Positions 19,724 to 29,830 of a stretch of 64,000 bases of DNA are shown one piece after another (positions within the stretch are counted from its first letter, which is position 1; each line of letters starts with the position of its first letter). The stretch spans positions 3,744 through 67,743 of the IMG/VR virus record IMGVR_UViG_3300021400_001756, one strand, 5' to 3'. A program made the translations under genes and the position numbers. The notes beneath the pieces were generated by a model, which did not search any database, had not been told where the DNA came from, and saw only the letters and a list, made by a program, of their open reading frames with translations. Origin of the DNA: a virus (taxonomy: Duplodnaviria > Heunggongvirae > Uroviricota > Caudoviricetes).

Positions 19724-21850
19724 CTAGATTATAACCATTCCGTCACTAAACATATTATTATACATATTTAACAATTGTTCATCAGATAATTGTGAATCAC
19801 TATTTGTTTTTCTTATATTACTTAATATTTGATTATCTCGTTCTATTTGTTTATTTATATTTTGTTCTATTACATCCTCATCGTCTGTAACATCAATTGT
19901 TTGAAGTTTATTATTTTGAACGAATGAAAAATATTTATCTGCAACATTCTCATTAGGATTCAATGTTAATATATCCGAATTAGTATTACTTGTAAGTGTT
20001 ACGTTTTCCATATAATCTAGTTCATCTAAATTAACACTTAATACAGCATTATATATAGCTCCACCTATACTATCTGAAATATCTTTTCCAACAGATTTAA
20101 CTTTAGTTCCATCTTCTAATATTTTTATAGATTGTTTAGGGTGGTCTACTTTACCTGTAGCTTCATTTTTCTCTAGATTAGTTATTTCTCTAATTAGTTC
20201 CTGTATTTTTAATAATTTAATTCGTTGTTCCACTAAAACATTTCTAAATGTAGTGTATCCAATACATTCTTTATTCTTAATAATATCCATAGATACTTCT
20301 TTTACATCAAAACCATCTAATTTTAAACTTTGTAATAACATTAAGCTTTGGTATCCATCACAACTTACACCTACAATGTTCCAACCTAAATCATACTTTA
20401 AGTAGTGTATAAAATCTTTAACTTTTATCATACTTAATTCATCATTAGCTGGACATTGTATACCTACAGAGAACACGTGTCTAAATACCATTTCCTTTAA
20501 TAAACTTGTATCTCCTGTATCTGTATATCTTTCTTGGTTTTTATAACCTAGAACAGCAACTGCACTTATTCCTGTCATATCCCCACTTTTAGATAAGTCA
20601 CAGTGAATATAAATCTTTTTACTATATAACATAATTGGAACTAATTGAGGTAAGAAATAATCTTTAATTTGATTTTTATCCGCCATACCTGTTTTTATTA
20701 TTTCAGAACTAAATGGGTTTACTCCCTTACCTATACAAGGCTCTACTAATCTATAAGGTATATATTTATAACTGGATTGTACTGCTATACCACAAGTATC
20801 AATAAGTGTTCTATTTAAATCCATTTCAAATCTATGTAACATTTCTAAAGGGATATCTATTACTTCATATCCTTTCATTTCTGCCTCTTCAATCTCTTCT
20901 TTACTTACATTTGTGCCCATTATATAACTTGTTAACAATTCATTACCAACCGCTAATTTAAACCATTTACCACTAAACATACTTAATGGTTTTACTTCCC
21001 ACTGTTTATATCTACTTACATGCATTCCAGGTTGACCTTCGTTATCTCTAATGAAACTTTCTAATACAGCATTTGTAGATTTAGCAGAACTGATGAGGTA
21101 CATTCTACCTTGAATTCTACCACCTTTCATAAAACGTGAAGATAGACGTAAATATAACTGATTGTATATTTGCATCATTCCTGCTTGCATGTACTCAACA
21201 TTATCATTATCTCCAAAAGACATTTCATCTATGGCAACAAATTGAACAGCAACAGATAATGCGTGTTCCTCTGTAGAACCAATACCAAGTCTAATGTCTT
21301 TTTTAGGTTGATATACTAAATTTGTTCTTCCAGTAACAGTACCTCGTTCCATAAACCACGGACTCATTTGTAAAGCTTTTTGAAATTTACCCCACATTGT
21401 TTTTTCTGCTAATTTTAAATTAAGGTTAAAAAATAAAATCCAAATAGTTTCATTTGCTTCCAGATAATATCTGTTTGGATTTTTAAGACACATTAACTTA
21501 TACAATTCATAACATAAAGAGTATGTTGCCACAGTTGATTTACCTGTACCTGTACTTCCAGTTATTGCCCACTGGTCCACAAAGTTTATTGGATTGTGAA
21601 CATAATATAATTCTTTTTTCCAAGTTTCATAGATATCCTTACCGTAGTTAGTGTACTTACCTAAGTACTGCTCATTACTTAAAAATGTCCAAATATCTAC
21701 AGGTATTTCCTCATAATCATCATAATATAAATTATCTAATTTTTCGGATGAACCATTTTGTATTAAGTCACCCATAATAGATTTAAGTTCATTAATCTCA
21801 CTTTCACTTAATTGTGTTAGCGTTTTTAAATCTGTATCATTCTCTAACAA
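19724..21850 (-). CDS. terminase large subunit
   Basis: A Walker A motif ITGSTGTGKST and a Walker B motif VAIDEMSF are followed by the IHCDLSKSGDMTGISAV nuclease-like region. The architecture is co-linear with T4 gp17. It has a TTG start with a ggaggt RBS. Confidence 0.8.
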   Translation of the reverse strand: MLENDTDLKTLTQLSESEINELKSIMGDLIQNGSSEKLDNLYYDDYEEIPVDIWTFLSNEQYLGKYTNYGKDIYETWKKELYYVHNPINFVDQWAITGSTGTGKSTVATYSLCYELYKLMCLKNPNRYYLEANETIWILFFNLNLKLAEKTMWGKFQKALQMSPWFMERGTVTGRTNLVYQPKKDIRLGIGSTEEHALSVAVQFVAIDEMSFGDNDNVEYMQAGMMQIYNQLYLRLSSRFMKGGRIQGRMYLISSAKSTNAVLESFIRDNEGQPGMHVSRYKQWEVKPLSMFSGKWFKLAVGNELLTSYIMGTNVSKEEIEEAEMKGYEVIDIPLEMLHRFEMDLNRTLIDTCGIAVQSSYKYIPYRLVEPCIGKGVNPFSSEIIKTGMADKNQIKDYFLPQLVPIMLYSKKIYIHCDLSKSGDMTGISAVAVLGYKNQERYTDTGDTSLLKEMVFRHVFSVGIQCPANDELSMIKVKDFIHYLKYDLGWNIVGVSCDGYQSLMLLQSLKLDGFDVKEVSMDIIKNKECIGYTTFRNVLVEQRIKLLKIQELIREITNLEKNEATGKVDHPKQSIKILEDGTKVKSVGKDISDSIGGAIYNAVLSVNLDELDYMENVTLTSNTNSDILTLNPNENVADKYFSFVQNNKLQTIDVTDDEDVIEQNINKQIERDNQILSNIRKTNSDSQLSDEQLLNMYNNMFSDGMVII

Positions 21851-21882
21851 TATTTGTCTACCTCCAAAACATATCTTGTTTT

Positions 21883-21899
21883 CGTTAATATTTTACAAG
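21883..21899 (-). promoter_or_regulatory. conserved promoter-like motif (CTTGTAAAATATTAACG)
   Basis: About 33 nt upstream of the terminase TTG start. The same 17-mer occurs at 27852. Confidence 0.4.
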
Positions 21900-22169
21900 A
21901 TTTTATAGAATTTGAAATTTAGGTATTTACAAAACAAATCTATCATGTTATATTATCTATTGATGAACATACATTGTATACACAGAGTTAATTTATTATT
22001 TTTTAGTACTTAATAATTTATCTGTTAGTTCCAAAGGCTACAAATCTAGTTGTATTTATTTGTGTGTTTGTCGAATTATAACTTTGAAAGTTTACTATAA
22101 AATAGTTTTTGGGCCACTACATCAATAAGTTATGCAAGCTTTTATTCTATATAACGGTATACGAGTCCG

Positions 22170-22241
22170 AAAATCACAAAATTAAATTTCATGTGAACTA
22201 TTCCATTAAATCACGAAATTAAATATTCATGTGAACTATAT
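22170..22241. repeat. two tandem imperfect 36-bp direct repeats (aaatcacRaaattaaatWttcatgtgaactat...)
   Basis: Seen directly in the 600-bp non-coding gap between the tube and terminase genes. Confidence 0.6.
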
Positions 22242-22420
22242 TAGAACAAAAATTATTTATAGTAAAGCTTTCGTTTTTAAATTCATAAAGTGTGGTAATT
22301 TGTTGTAGGAGACAGACTATTACACTTTTTTAATTTTTAATAATGTAATTACATTATTTGTTGTTTAAAACTTGTTATTTTTGATTGTAGTACGAAATAA
22401 AGACATTTTTAAAGATAATA

Positions 22421-22452
22421 AAAAGGATACATTTTATTGTATCCTTTTTATT
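22421..22452 (-). terminator. rho-independent terminator after the tail tube gene
   Basis: A hairpin aaaggatac-N8-gtatccttt has T-runs on both sides. Confidence 0.55.
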
Positions 22453-22456
22453 TTTA

Positions 22457-23176
22457 TTAGTTTCGTAATTCTGTACTCATTGTACCTAAATAATTTGGAT
22501 TGTTGTAGTTTGTAAATGCCGCAGAAGTATTTTGATTATCTTTGTCATTTTCTGAAACAATCCAAGTATCAAAGTTAGGAGTTGTCCAAGGAATAGCTTT
22601 ATCATATACTATAGTTGTACTAAATTGTCTTTCCTCTGGATTTTGTCTATTAAATTGCCCTAGTGAGTAACTATTTATCCAACATCCCCTTAACTTCCAT
22701 GAAATTTGTCTAGTTCCATTTGGAGCCCATTTATATAAGATACCATCTTGTGAATAATATTCTTTGAAACCTATTTTATCATTTTGTACATTGTGTGCCA
22801 TTGCATACCAAGCTAATAAAATGTATTCTGTTTTCAAACCAATATAATCTGTAAATGATATTGAAGAATCACTTATACTTGGTGTACCTGCGTAGTTCAT
22901 TGTACCATTACCTGTTTTAATAGAAAGTTTTTCTATACTCATTTCAGGTCCAGCATAATCTCTTAATGAAAGTGCTAAAGCTTCACTTGCTTCTTCTGCC
23001 GTAGCTACCTTTTCACCGTCCATACTGTATAAGTCTCTTGTAAACTTAATTTTTAAAATAAAGTCTGAGCTTCTACCAGGTTCGAAATCGGCTTTATGAT
23101 TTAACATATAGGTTACACCAAGGTACTTCTCAATATCCTCATTCTTTAAATCTTCATCATGTTTAATTGCACCCAT
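22457..23176 (-). CDS. tail tube protein (putative)
   Basis: It lies immediately downstream of the sheath gene with an overlapping stop and start. The C-terminal region WKLRGCWINSYSLGQF...FSTTIVYD is reminiscent of the C-terminus of T4 gp19. Confidence 0.5.
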   Translation of the reverse strand: MGAIKHDEDLKNEDIEKYLGVTYMLNHKADFEPGRSSDFILKIKFTRDLYSMDGEKVATAEEASEALALSLRDYAGPEMSIEKLSIKTGNGTMNYAGTPSISDSSISFTDYIGLKTEYILLAWYAMAHNVQNDKIGFKEYYSQDGILYKWAPNGTRQISWKLRGCWINSYSLGQFNRQNPEERQFSTTIVYDKAIPWTTPNFDTWIVSENDKDNQNTSAAFTNYNNPNYLGTMSTELRN

Positions 23177-24753
23177 TAGCTCTCACCTCCTGTAGTTAAT
23201 GATACATTACCGTAAGCTACATTTAAGTAAATTTCAATAGCCTTAATTGTTGGTGTTAAGTATACATCTACTCTTACTTTTAGTTTTCTAGGTTCGTTTG
23301 CAGAACTTACATTAGTAATAGTGTAATCCATTACAGCTCCCTCTGTTTCCATTCTGTCTAATGAACTTCCAACTCTAAGTGCAAAGTTTTCAAATGCTTC
23401 AGTTAAGTTGTATTGATATTGTAGTTGTTGTGCTACATTATATATAATACGTCTTATTTCAATTACAGTTAAGTCTATACTTGATTCCATAAATGCATTA
23501 TCGTAATTTCCAGTTGCTTCTGGAATTAACAATGTACTATTTCCAGCTATAACATATCTTCCACCTTGCATTCTCATTATTGGGTTGATATTTACTTCTG
23601 TATCACTTTGCCATTGTTCTGATAAATCTGAACCAATTTCAAACTCAGGTTTTATTACGTTACTAACTTGACCACTAGTTATACCTGCTTTTGGTGTATA
23701 AGGCTCACCTCCAGCTGAAACAGCACTACCAACAACAGTTAAGAATGCATATGATGGTGGCATCCACAATTGATTAGAACCAACTTGCATATATTGCCAA
23801 GGTGAACAAATACTTGCACTTGGTATAGGTTGACTATCACTTAATTGTTGATATCCTAAAGCATTAGCATATTGTTGTTGTTCCTCAGCTGGTTTACCAT
23901 ATGGAATATCAATTAAAGCTCTACAGTCTTGTCTAAGTAAAGTTAAGTTTTTCATAGCCTCTGCTATTGGATATGTTGAAGAGTCTTCTGCGTCTGTATA
24001 TCCACCACTTGTTATAAATTTAGGTTGATACAAAATTTTATCTGTAATCATACTATAATATGCAGGTAGTTCTCTAACTACATTATCCTCATTGAAGTCT
24101 GTTCCGCCACTTAATTGAACATTTTGTACTGTTTGTGTATTAAATGTAGCTGGATTTGTATTAACAACTTCAATTTTTATTCTATCAAATTCTGTTGTTT
24201 TTAATCCTTTAATTAAATCTGTTGCAATTTCTAATTGAGTAGCTGTTGTATTAAATGTAACAACTTTCTTTTGCTCTAGTAATTGACTATTGTAATATAC
24301 ATCTATCCATATAGCTGTACTTGTGTTTCTCATTGTAACTGCCATACTGTTACCATAAGTTCCACCCCATTTTTCATATACTTTGAAATCAATTAAACTA
24401 GCAGGTGGGTCATCTTCACTTGCTGCAGCATGTTTAAATGATGCTTGAGCTGGAGTTACTGCTAATGTTTTAACAGTTTGTCCATCTACTGTAGTAGTTA
24501 CATAAGCAATTCTTTGGAAAATTACAGGTAAACCACTATTAAGTATACCAGCTACATACTCAAAAGTTTTTGAATCTACTGGGCTATGGTCACCACAAGC
24601 ATAAACAAAATCATTTAATGATTCAAATAGCATTGGTTGTCTTGGGTCACCTGTTATTGTAGTTCCAGGAATGTATACCCAGTTATCAATAAACGTAGTT
24701 GAGTTTCTTAATGTTCTAGATAAATTATTAGTGTTAATATTTATAAAACTCAT
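23176..24753 (-). CDS. tail sheath protein
   Basis: It is 525 aa. The C-terminal VNINPIMRMQGGRYVIAGNSTL matches the conserved sheath C-terminal INPI...G..VIWG..TL pattern. Confidence 0.65.
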   Translation of the reverse strand: MSFININTNNLSRTLRNSTTFIDNWVYIPGTTITGDPRQPMLFESLNDFVYACGDHSPVDSKTFEYVAGILNSGLPVIFQRIAYVTTTVDGQTVKTLAVTPAQASFKHAAASEDDPPASLIDFKVYEKWGGTYGNSMAVTMRNTSTAIWIDVYYNSQLLEQKKVVTFNTTATQLEIATDLIKGLKTTEFDRIKIEVVNTNPATFNTQTVQNVQLSGGTDFNEDNVVRELPAYYSMITDKILYQPKFITSGGYTDAEDSSTYPIAEAMKNLTLLRQDCRALIDIPYGKPAEEQQQYANALGYQQLSDSQPIPSASICSPWQYMQVGSNQLWMPPSYAFLTVVGSAVSAGGEPYTPKAGITSGQVSNVIKPEFEIGSDLSEQWQSDTEVNINPIMRMQGGRYVIAGNSTLLIPEATGNYDNAFMESSIDLTVIEIRRIIYNVAQQLQYQYNLTEAFENFALRVGSSLDRMETEGAVMDYTITNVSSANEPRKLKVRVDVYLTPTIKAIEIYLNVAYGNVSLTTGGES

Positions 24754-24775
24754 GTTTTACTCCTTTCTTATATTT

Positions 24776-26149
24776 TTATTTAAGTTTTTTAATTAACTTA
24801 CATTCTACTAAATTGTCTTTAGTAATAGTTAACATAGAAAAGTTACCTAAACTTTCATTTTTCATCTCTGTTGTTTTGTATTTAGCAACCCCTCTTGAAT
24901 CTACAATTTTGTTCATTTTAAATTCTATAGATTCCGTTTTATTTTCTTTTCCTTTTATGTTTCCTTTTACACAAATTCCATCATCTGATTCTGTTATAGA
25001 CTCTGTTTCAAATCCTTCCCAATTTGGGTCACACTCTTCACAATATTTTGAAAATTTCTCATCAAATAAATCAATTGTTAGTTCATCATCAGCTTCAACT
25101 TCTGTATCCTCTACTTCTGTTTCATCTGTAGCTTCTTCACATTCTCCATCTTCGCATACATCATTTTTTAGTGAATCTAATTCTGATTGTAGTTCACTTA
25201 ATTTATCTGTAAGTTCTTTAATTTTATCCTCTACAGTAGGTTCTTCTTGAACTTCTTGTGTATCATCAACTTCTTGTGTATCATCAACTTCTGTTGTATC
25301 TTCACTAACTTCTGTTTCAATTTCTTTTGATTCTTCAATTTCTTCAGTCTCTTCAACTTCTACAGTTTCTAGAGCATTATCAATGTTGTAATCTAAAGAA
25401 TCAACAACACTATCGTATACTTTATTAACTATTTCATTATCTTCAAAATCATTAACATCTATTTTATCTTTTAAATCTTGTCTCTTATTTATAATTTCAT
25501 ATGCTAAGAATTTCTTAAAGTCATATTCATCTTCTATCCATTCTTGTAACTTTTTAGATTCTGTACATTTTTCTGCTGTACCTTCTTTTTTACAAGATTC
25601 CTCTACTTCAAAAGATTCTTTATACCAATTTGTTATTTCATCTGTATTTATTGATGTTACATTAACTAAATCTGACCAAAAAGATTCTTCCATTCCTTGG
25701 TCTATATAATCTTGATGTATATCTTTAAGCATTTCATCATAATCTTTGTCTAAGCTAACTTCAACATCCTCTTTCTTAATTTTCTTTGATTCCTCAACAA
25801 CTTCCTCTGTTTCTCCTTCGACAACTTCCTCTGTTTCTTCTGGAGAAATGTCTTCAACTGGTGTATCTTCCACAGGAATTTCTTCGATAACTTCTGCTTG
25901 TTCTGCTGTATCTACAATTGCATCATCTGTTGTATTATCTACAACTGTAACAGTTTCATCGCCCATTATAATTTCAGTTTTTTTATCATCAATTGAAACT
26001 ACAGTATCGTCATTTGCTATTGCTATTGATTCTTCTAAATCTTTTTTATTGTTTTTTGATAATTTTTGTGGTTTTTCTATTTCGCAACTTTCTTCTAATT
26101 TACCTTGTAAAGCTAATTTAGTTGCCTCTAGTAAACTAATTTTTGACAT
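24776..26149 (-). CDS. highly acidic virion-associated protein carrying the conserved N-terminal leader (LLEATKLALQGKLEE)
   Basis: The N-terminus MSKISLLEATKLALQGKLEESCE matches the leader of the 42.6-48.4 kb cassette. The central region is D/E-rich with an 18-bp tandem repeat (TQEVDD x3). Confidence 0.55.
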   Translation of the reverse strand: MSKISLLEATKLALQGKLEESCEIEKPQKLSKNNKKDLEESIAIANDDTVVSIDDKKTEIIMGDETVTVVDNTTDDAIVDTAEQAEVIEEIPVEDTPVEDISPEETEEVVEGETEEVVEESKKIKKEDVEVSLDKDYDEMLKDIHQDYIDQGMEESFWSDLVNVTSINTDEITNWYKESFEVEESCKKEGTAEKCTESKKLQEWIEDEYDFKKFLAYEIINKRQDLKDKIDVNDFEDNEIVNKVYDSVVDSLDYNIDNALETVEVEETEEIEESKEIETEVSEDTTEVDDTQEVDDTQEVQEEPTVEDKIKELTDKLSELQSELDSLKNDVCEDGECEEATDETEVEDTEVEADDELTIDLFDEKFSKYCEECDPNWEGFETESITESDDGICVKGNIKGKENKTESIEFKMNKIVDSRGVAKYKTTEMKNESLGNFSMLTITKDNLVECKLIKKLK

Positions 26150-26181
26150 TGTTACATGTACTCCTTTCCTTAAAAATAATT

Positions 26182-26925
26182 TTAGTTTAAAACTGTAAAT
26201 ATATCTCTATTGTCATCTAAATATTGTCTAACACTTTGAACTTCTGCGTTACCCTCCGATAACAAGGTGTCTCCATCCAATTCAAATTTAGTAGAACTAG
26301 ACTTATACTTACTTCTAATTCTACCTAATATAATCTTACATTGACCTAAAGCTAACTTTCTTATTTGTGTTTCCCAGTAGTCCTCTCTTATATCTTCAAT
26401 ACAAAGATATTCCGGTTTAAAGTTAATTGTTACAAAACTAGGTATACTTTGATTAGCTGTTAAATATAATTTTTGGTTTGGTTTATCCCAAATAAATTGC
26501 ATATCAGTTGCTAAAATGTTTAAATTCCTTTTAGTCATTATAGCATTCATATATCCGTCCATATTGTACATCCCAAGCGATGTTACAGTACTTGTAGTTG
26601 GAACAGCAAAAATGGAACCAGTTAAAATGCTATCTTGTGCTCTCATAACAGATTCTACAGAATGTATATTATATCCAGCTAAATCTATGCAATTAGCATA
26701 GGGTACAGTAACAGTATATAAATCAGATATATAATGCTTAACTTCTTCAAATGAATCATCTACAACTTGTTTTATGTCTTTAGGTGTTAGTTCTAAGTCT
26801 AATACAGGAACGCCCAACTGTGTTTCAATGTATTTAACAATTGCTTTAGTTCTTTTTTTCATACGAGGATATGTACGAGGTTTTACTAAATCATTATCTT
26901 TATATATGTTATCTGTATTATCCAT
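26182..26925 (-). CDS. hypothetical virion protein (possible tail completion / neck)
   Basis: A 247-aa ORF upstream of the sheath operon. Confidence 0.4.
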   Translation of the reverse strand: MDNTDNIYKDNDLVKPRTYPRMKKRTKAIVKYIETQLGVPVLDLELTPKDIKQVVDDSFEEVKHYISDLYTVTVPYANCIDLAGYNIHSVESVMRAQDSILTGSIFAVPTTSTVTSLGMYNMDGYMNAIMTKRNLNILATDMQFIWDKPNQKLYLTANQSIPSFVTINFKPEYLCIEDIREDYWETQIRKLALGQCKIILGRIRSKYKSSSTKFELDGDTLLSEGNAEVQSVRQYLDDNRDIFTVLN

Positions 26926-27131
26926 GTGTACTATAACCTCCCTTATCTACTTTATAGTAGAAAATTATAAGTTTGTTGTTTTATTGTACGCCCTACTATC
27001 AATTAGTATCCATGAGGTAGAGCACGGACTTAATTGGTAAGACTATATACAATAAAACAACAAAAATTTATATCAACTTATTAAAATAAATTTATTAAGT
27101 TAATAACAAAACAATTATTACTGTCTATACA

Positions 27132-27350
27132 CTATTCACCTTTAGCTACTTCAACAGTTAAACCAGTTGCAGTATTTGCTAATGCAGCATAGTATGCAGC
27201 TTCTTCACTTGAACCTGCTGTTAATACAACAACATCTGCAGGTTTTAGTACTTCGATGAAATTAACTCTAAAATATCTAAATCCTACATCCTCTGTTCCA
27301 TTATTTGTAATTGTTACCGTTGCTGGTACTTCAAAATTCTTAGTTGCCAT
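27132..27350 (-). CDS. small Ala/Val-rich hypothetical protein
   Basis: A 72-aa ORF with its own RBS, followed by a 17-bp perfect inverted repeat. Confidence 0.45.
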   Translation of the reverse strand: MATKNFEVPATVTITNNGTEDVGFRYFRVNFIEVLKPADVVVLTAGSSEEAAYYAALANTATGLTVEVAKGE

Positions 27351-27482
27351 AACTAATACCTCCTCTATAATATTTTGATAGATTTGAATCTATCTAATTA
27401 TCTCCTATATAATTATTGTGTTAGTTTGGATAATAAAATCTAAACAAGGAATAACTATAAAAGAGTTTTATTATTGTTCTAC

Positions 27483-27501
27483 CTCAATAATATTTTACTA
27501 G
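27483..27501 (-). promoter_or_regulatory. conserved promoter-like motif (CTAGTAAAATATTATTGAG)
   Basis: Upstream of the 72-aa gene. Confidence 0.35.
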
Positions 27502-27519
27502 TGTAAAGTTAAATTTTTT

Positions 27520-27750
27520 CTAGTACAAAAATTGTGAAAGTGTACTAACTTTAGCTTTTTTAGCTTTTTCACTTTTTATTTTTGTTTTTTCTTCTACAAT
27601 CTCTGTTGTTTCACTTGGTTGTTCATCTGCTGCAGATTCAATTATATCATTTATAACTGCATCTTCCTCTGTAATATTTTCAGCCTCATTGTTTACAATT
27701 TCATCTATATTTGTAAATTCTGATTCTTCTACTTTATTTTTCTTACGCAT
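27520..27750 (-). CDS. small acidic hypothetical protein
   Basis: 76-aa ORF. Confidence 0.45.
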   Translation of the reverse strand: MRKKNKVEESEFTNIDEIVNNEAENITEEDAVINDIIESAADEQPSETTEIVEEKTKIKSEKAKKAKVSTLSQFLY

Positions 27751-27851
27751 AAAATACCTCCTATTTGCTACTAAAATCCATTTTAAAGGACTTTTATATT
27801 AGTTTAATATAGTTTGTTTATTGTTTTATAATTTATTCACAAACTACATAT

Positions 27852-27868
27852 CGTTAATATTTTACAAG
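27852..27868 (-). promoter_or_regulatory. conserved promoter-like motif (CTTGTAAAATATTAACG)
   Basis: Upstream of the 76-aa gene. Confidence 0.35.
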
Positions 27869-27934
27869 TAAAGACATAAAAAAGTTGTATGTTTAATTAC
27901 ATACAACTAATAATTTAACTTTATTCAATTTACT

Positions 27935-29308
27935 TTAGAAATAACTTTCTTCAGATTTATCATTTCTAACTTGTTTAAAAACAGGAAATCTTAAACTTAC
28001 ACTAGAATCTTTTTTGTTTGTAGTTTCCTCAAAGTATTGTACTTCTATAATTTTATTCAATATATCTTGTTTGTTTTGCCACCAATATTCTCTTTGTTCT
28101 TTAGTTAGTCCACTACCTACACTAACGTTGAACCCTTTATAGTTAACAACTAAGGCTCCTAATTTACCTTTATTTAAACCACTGCCTTCTTCCACATCAA
28201 TAACTTTTAAGTCTACAGTGTACATTTTCTTTACCTTTAACATATTTTTACTTCTTTTATACTCATAATTAGCATTAGCAATGTTAATCATTAGCCCTTC
28301 TTGTCCTAAACCTATAACTTTATCTAATAAGTTATTAACAATATTTTCATTCATTTTACCTTGATATAGTATTGGTGTATTTTTTATATTAGGACAGTCT
28401 TGTAAATTGTTTATTAAGTTTTCTAGATGACTTTTTCTATAAGATGTTGGTTGTTTAAAATCGGTGAATGTATCAAAACTATCTAAACTTGTATAATCGT
28501 ATAACCATATATTTATGTTTTTCTTATCTTCCATATCAGAATTTACAATAGAAGCAGTTTTCTTAAATAATTCTTTAGACTCTATTTTTGGTACATATAT
28601 ACCATCTATCATATTATTTTCTTCAACAGTATTAGAAAATAAATCATTGTGTTTATTAAGTTTGTAATCTAATAATAGCTCCCCATCATACATTCCATTA
28701 GGTAATTTACTTAATTGATTTTGTAAATCTATTAAACCTTCATATACTTTACCATTTCTAGAGTACAGTAATACATTTCCATCTTGTACTCTTGCTGAAC
28801 ATCTTTGTCCATCAAATTTTTGTGTAACAATTATATCTAAATTCTCTTTATATATTCTATCTAAGTTATCATATAAACGTTCTCCTTGTTGAACTTCATA
28901 TACTGGAATTAAATCCTTCCACACTTTATTTATACTTTTTACATTAACACCTAGAGTTAAATCTTTAGTTATTATGTCTTTATATAATTGTTGATATTGC
29001 TCCGGTTGATTTTTTATAAATTGCTGAACTTTGTAACATATTTGATTTGAACCTGTATTGTTAACTCTCAAAAATTTAAATAAATCAATAATATTATCTA
29101 TCTTATTTTCACTAATATTTAATGTCATATCAGGCAAATCTTTATTTATCTTTTTACCTGATATTCCATAAACATAGAATGGGTTATATGTATAAAATAA
29201 AATATCCTTTAGTTCTTGATTATCTATATTTTGTTTTAATATTTCTAATTTATCATTTGTTCCACTTGTATTTTGAATTGATAATAATATGTCTAAAACA
29301 CTTTCCAA
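27935..29308 (-). CDS. ATP-dependent DNA ligase
   Basis: Motif I KFDGQR (KxDGxR) is followed by DGELLL (III), EGLMINI (IV) and LKVKK (V). It is 457 aa with an N-terminal DNA-binding domain. Confidence 0.75.
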   Translation of the reverse strand: MESVLDILLSIQNTSGTNDKLEILKQNIDNQELKDILFYTYNPFYVYGISGKKINKDLPDMTLNISENKIDNIIDLFKFLRVNNTGSNQICYKVQQFIKNQPEQYQQLYKDIITKDLTLGVNVKSINKVWKDLIPVYEVQQGERLYDNLDRIYKENLDIIVTQKFDGQRCSARVQDGNVLLYSRNGKVYEGLIDLQNQLSKLPNGMYDGELLLDYKLNKHNDLFSNTVEENNMIDGIYVPKIESKELFKKTASIVNSDMEDKKNINIWLYDYTSLDSFDTFTDFKQPTSYRKSHLENLINNLQDCPNIKNTPILYQGKMNENIVNNLLDKVIGLGQEGLMINIANANYEYKRSKNMLKVKKMYTVDLKVIDVEEGSGLNKGKLGALVVNYKGFNVSVGSGLTKEQREYWWQNKQDILNKIIEVQYFEETTNKKDSSVSLRFPVFKQVRNDKSEESYF

Positions 29309-29324
29309 TAACTTTCAACTCCCT

Positions 29325-29675
29325 CTAATTATTTTTAATAAATTCTGTTAATCTTTTAATTACATCTTGTGCTGTGTGTCCATCATAAGGATGTAATGAT
29401 TTAGGTACTTCAGGTATTTTAAATAAATCCCAATCTTTTAATTCGTAATGATTACTTATTTGTTGTCCATTTGGTAGAATAGCTACAACTATAAACCAGT
29501 TACCATCAAAACATTCAACATTGTCATAATGTTTTTTACTTTTGTATACTATGATATCTTTCCTAAACTTGTACCATTCATTAAAAAGTGCTGCGTTATA
29601 TAACTTTCTAAAATCGTACAATTCATTAAATGTGTGATAACCATCACTTACATTTCCCATATCTTCTTTATTCAT
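29325..29675 (-). CDS. hypothetical protein
   Basis: 116-aa ORF. Confidence 0.5.
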   Translation of the reverse strand: MNKEDMGNVSDGYHTFNELYDFRKLYNAALFNEWYKFRKDIIVYKSKKHYDNVECFDGNWFIVVAILPNGQQISNHYELKDWDLFKIPEVPKSLHPYDGHTAQDVIKRLTEFIKNN

Positions 29676-29830
29676 AATTTTATCCCCATTCTATTTAACA
29701 TTTATTTGTTTATCTTCTATATAGTATTTACAGTCTACATATCCATTACAATACTGTTATAAATAATCGATATTATAGTTATAAATATTATAATCGTTAG
29801 AAAATATAATTAAATTATAAACCGTATCAA

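Noticed and set aside
22177-22240. ttcatgtgaa core of the 36-bp repeats as a palindromic operator
   Set aside because: It is not actually palindromic (ttcatgtgaa versus ttcacatgaa), so it is treated only as a direct repeat.
24813-26198. Two plus-strand ORFs (145 and 150 aa), Ser-rich
   Set aside because: They are antisense to the acidic gene 24776..26149; poly-Ser is the mirror image of poly-Glu/Asp codons.
26516-27040. Plus-strand ORFs of 61 and 88 aa
   Set aside because: They are antisense within or adjacent to gene 26182..26925, with no RBS.
29122-29328. Plus-strand 68-aa ORF
   Set aside because: It is antisense at the 5' end of the DNA ligase gene.
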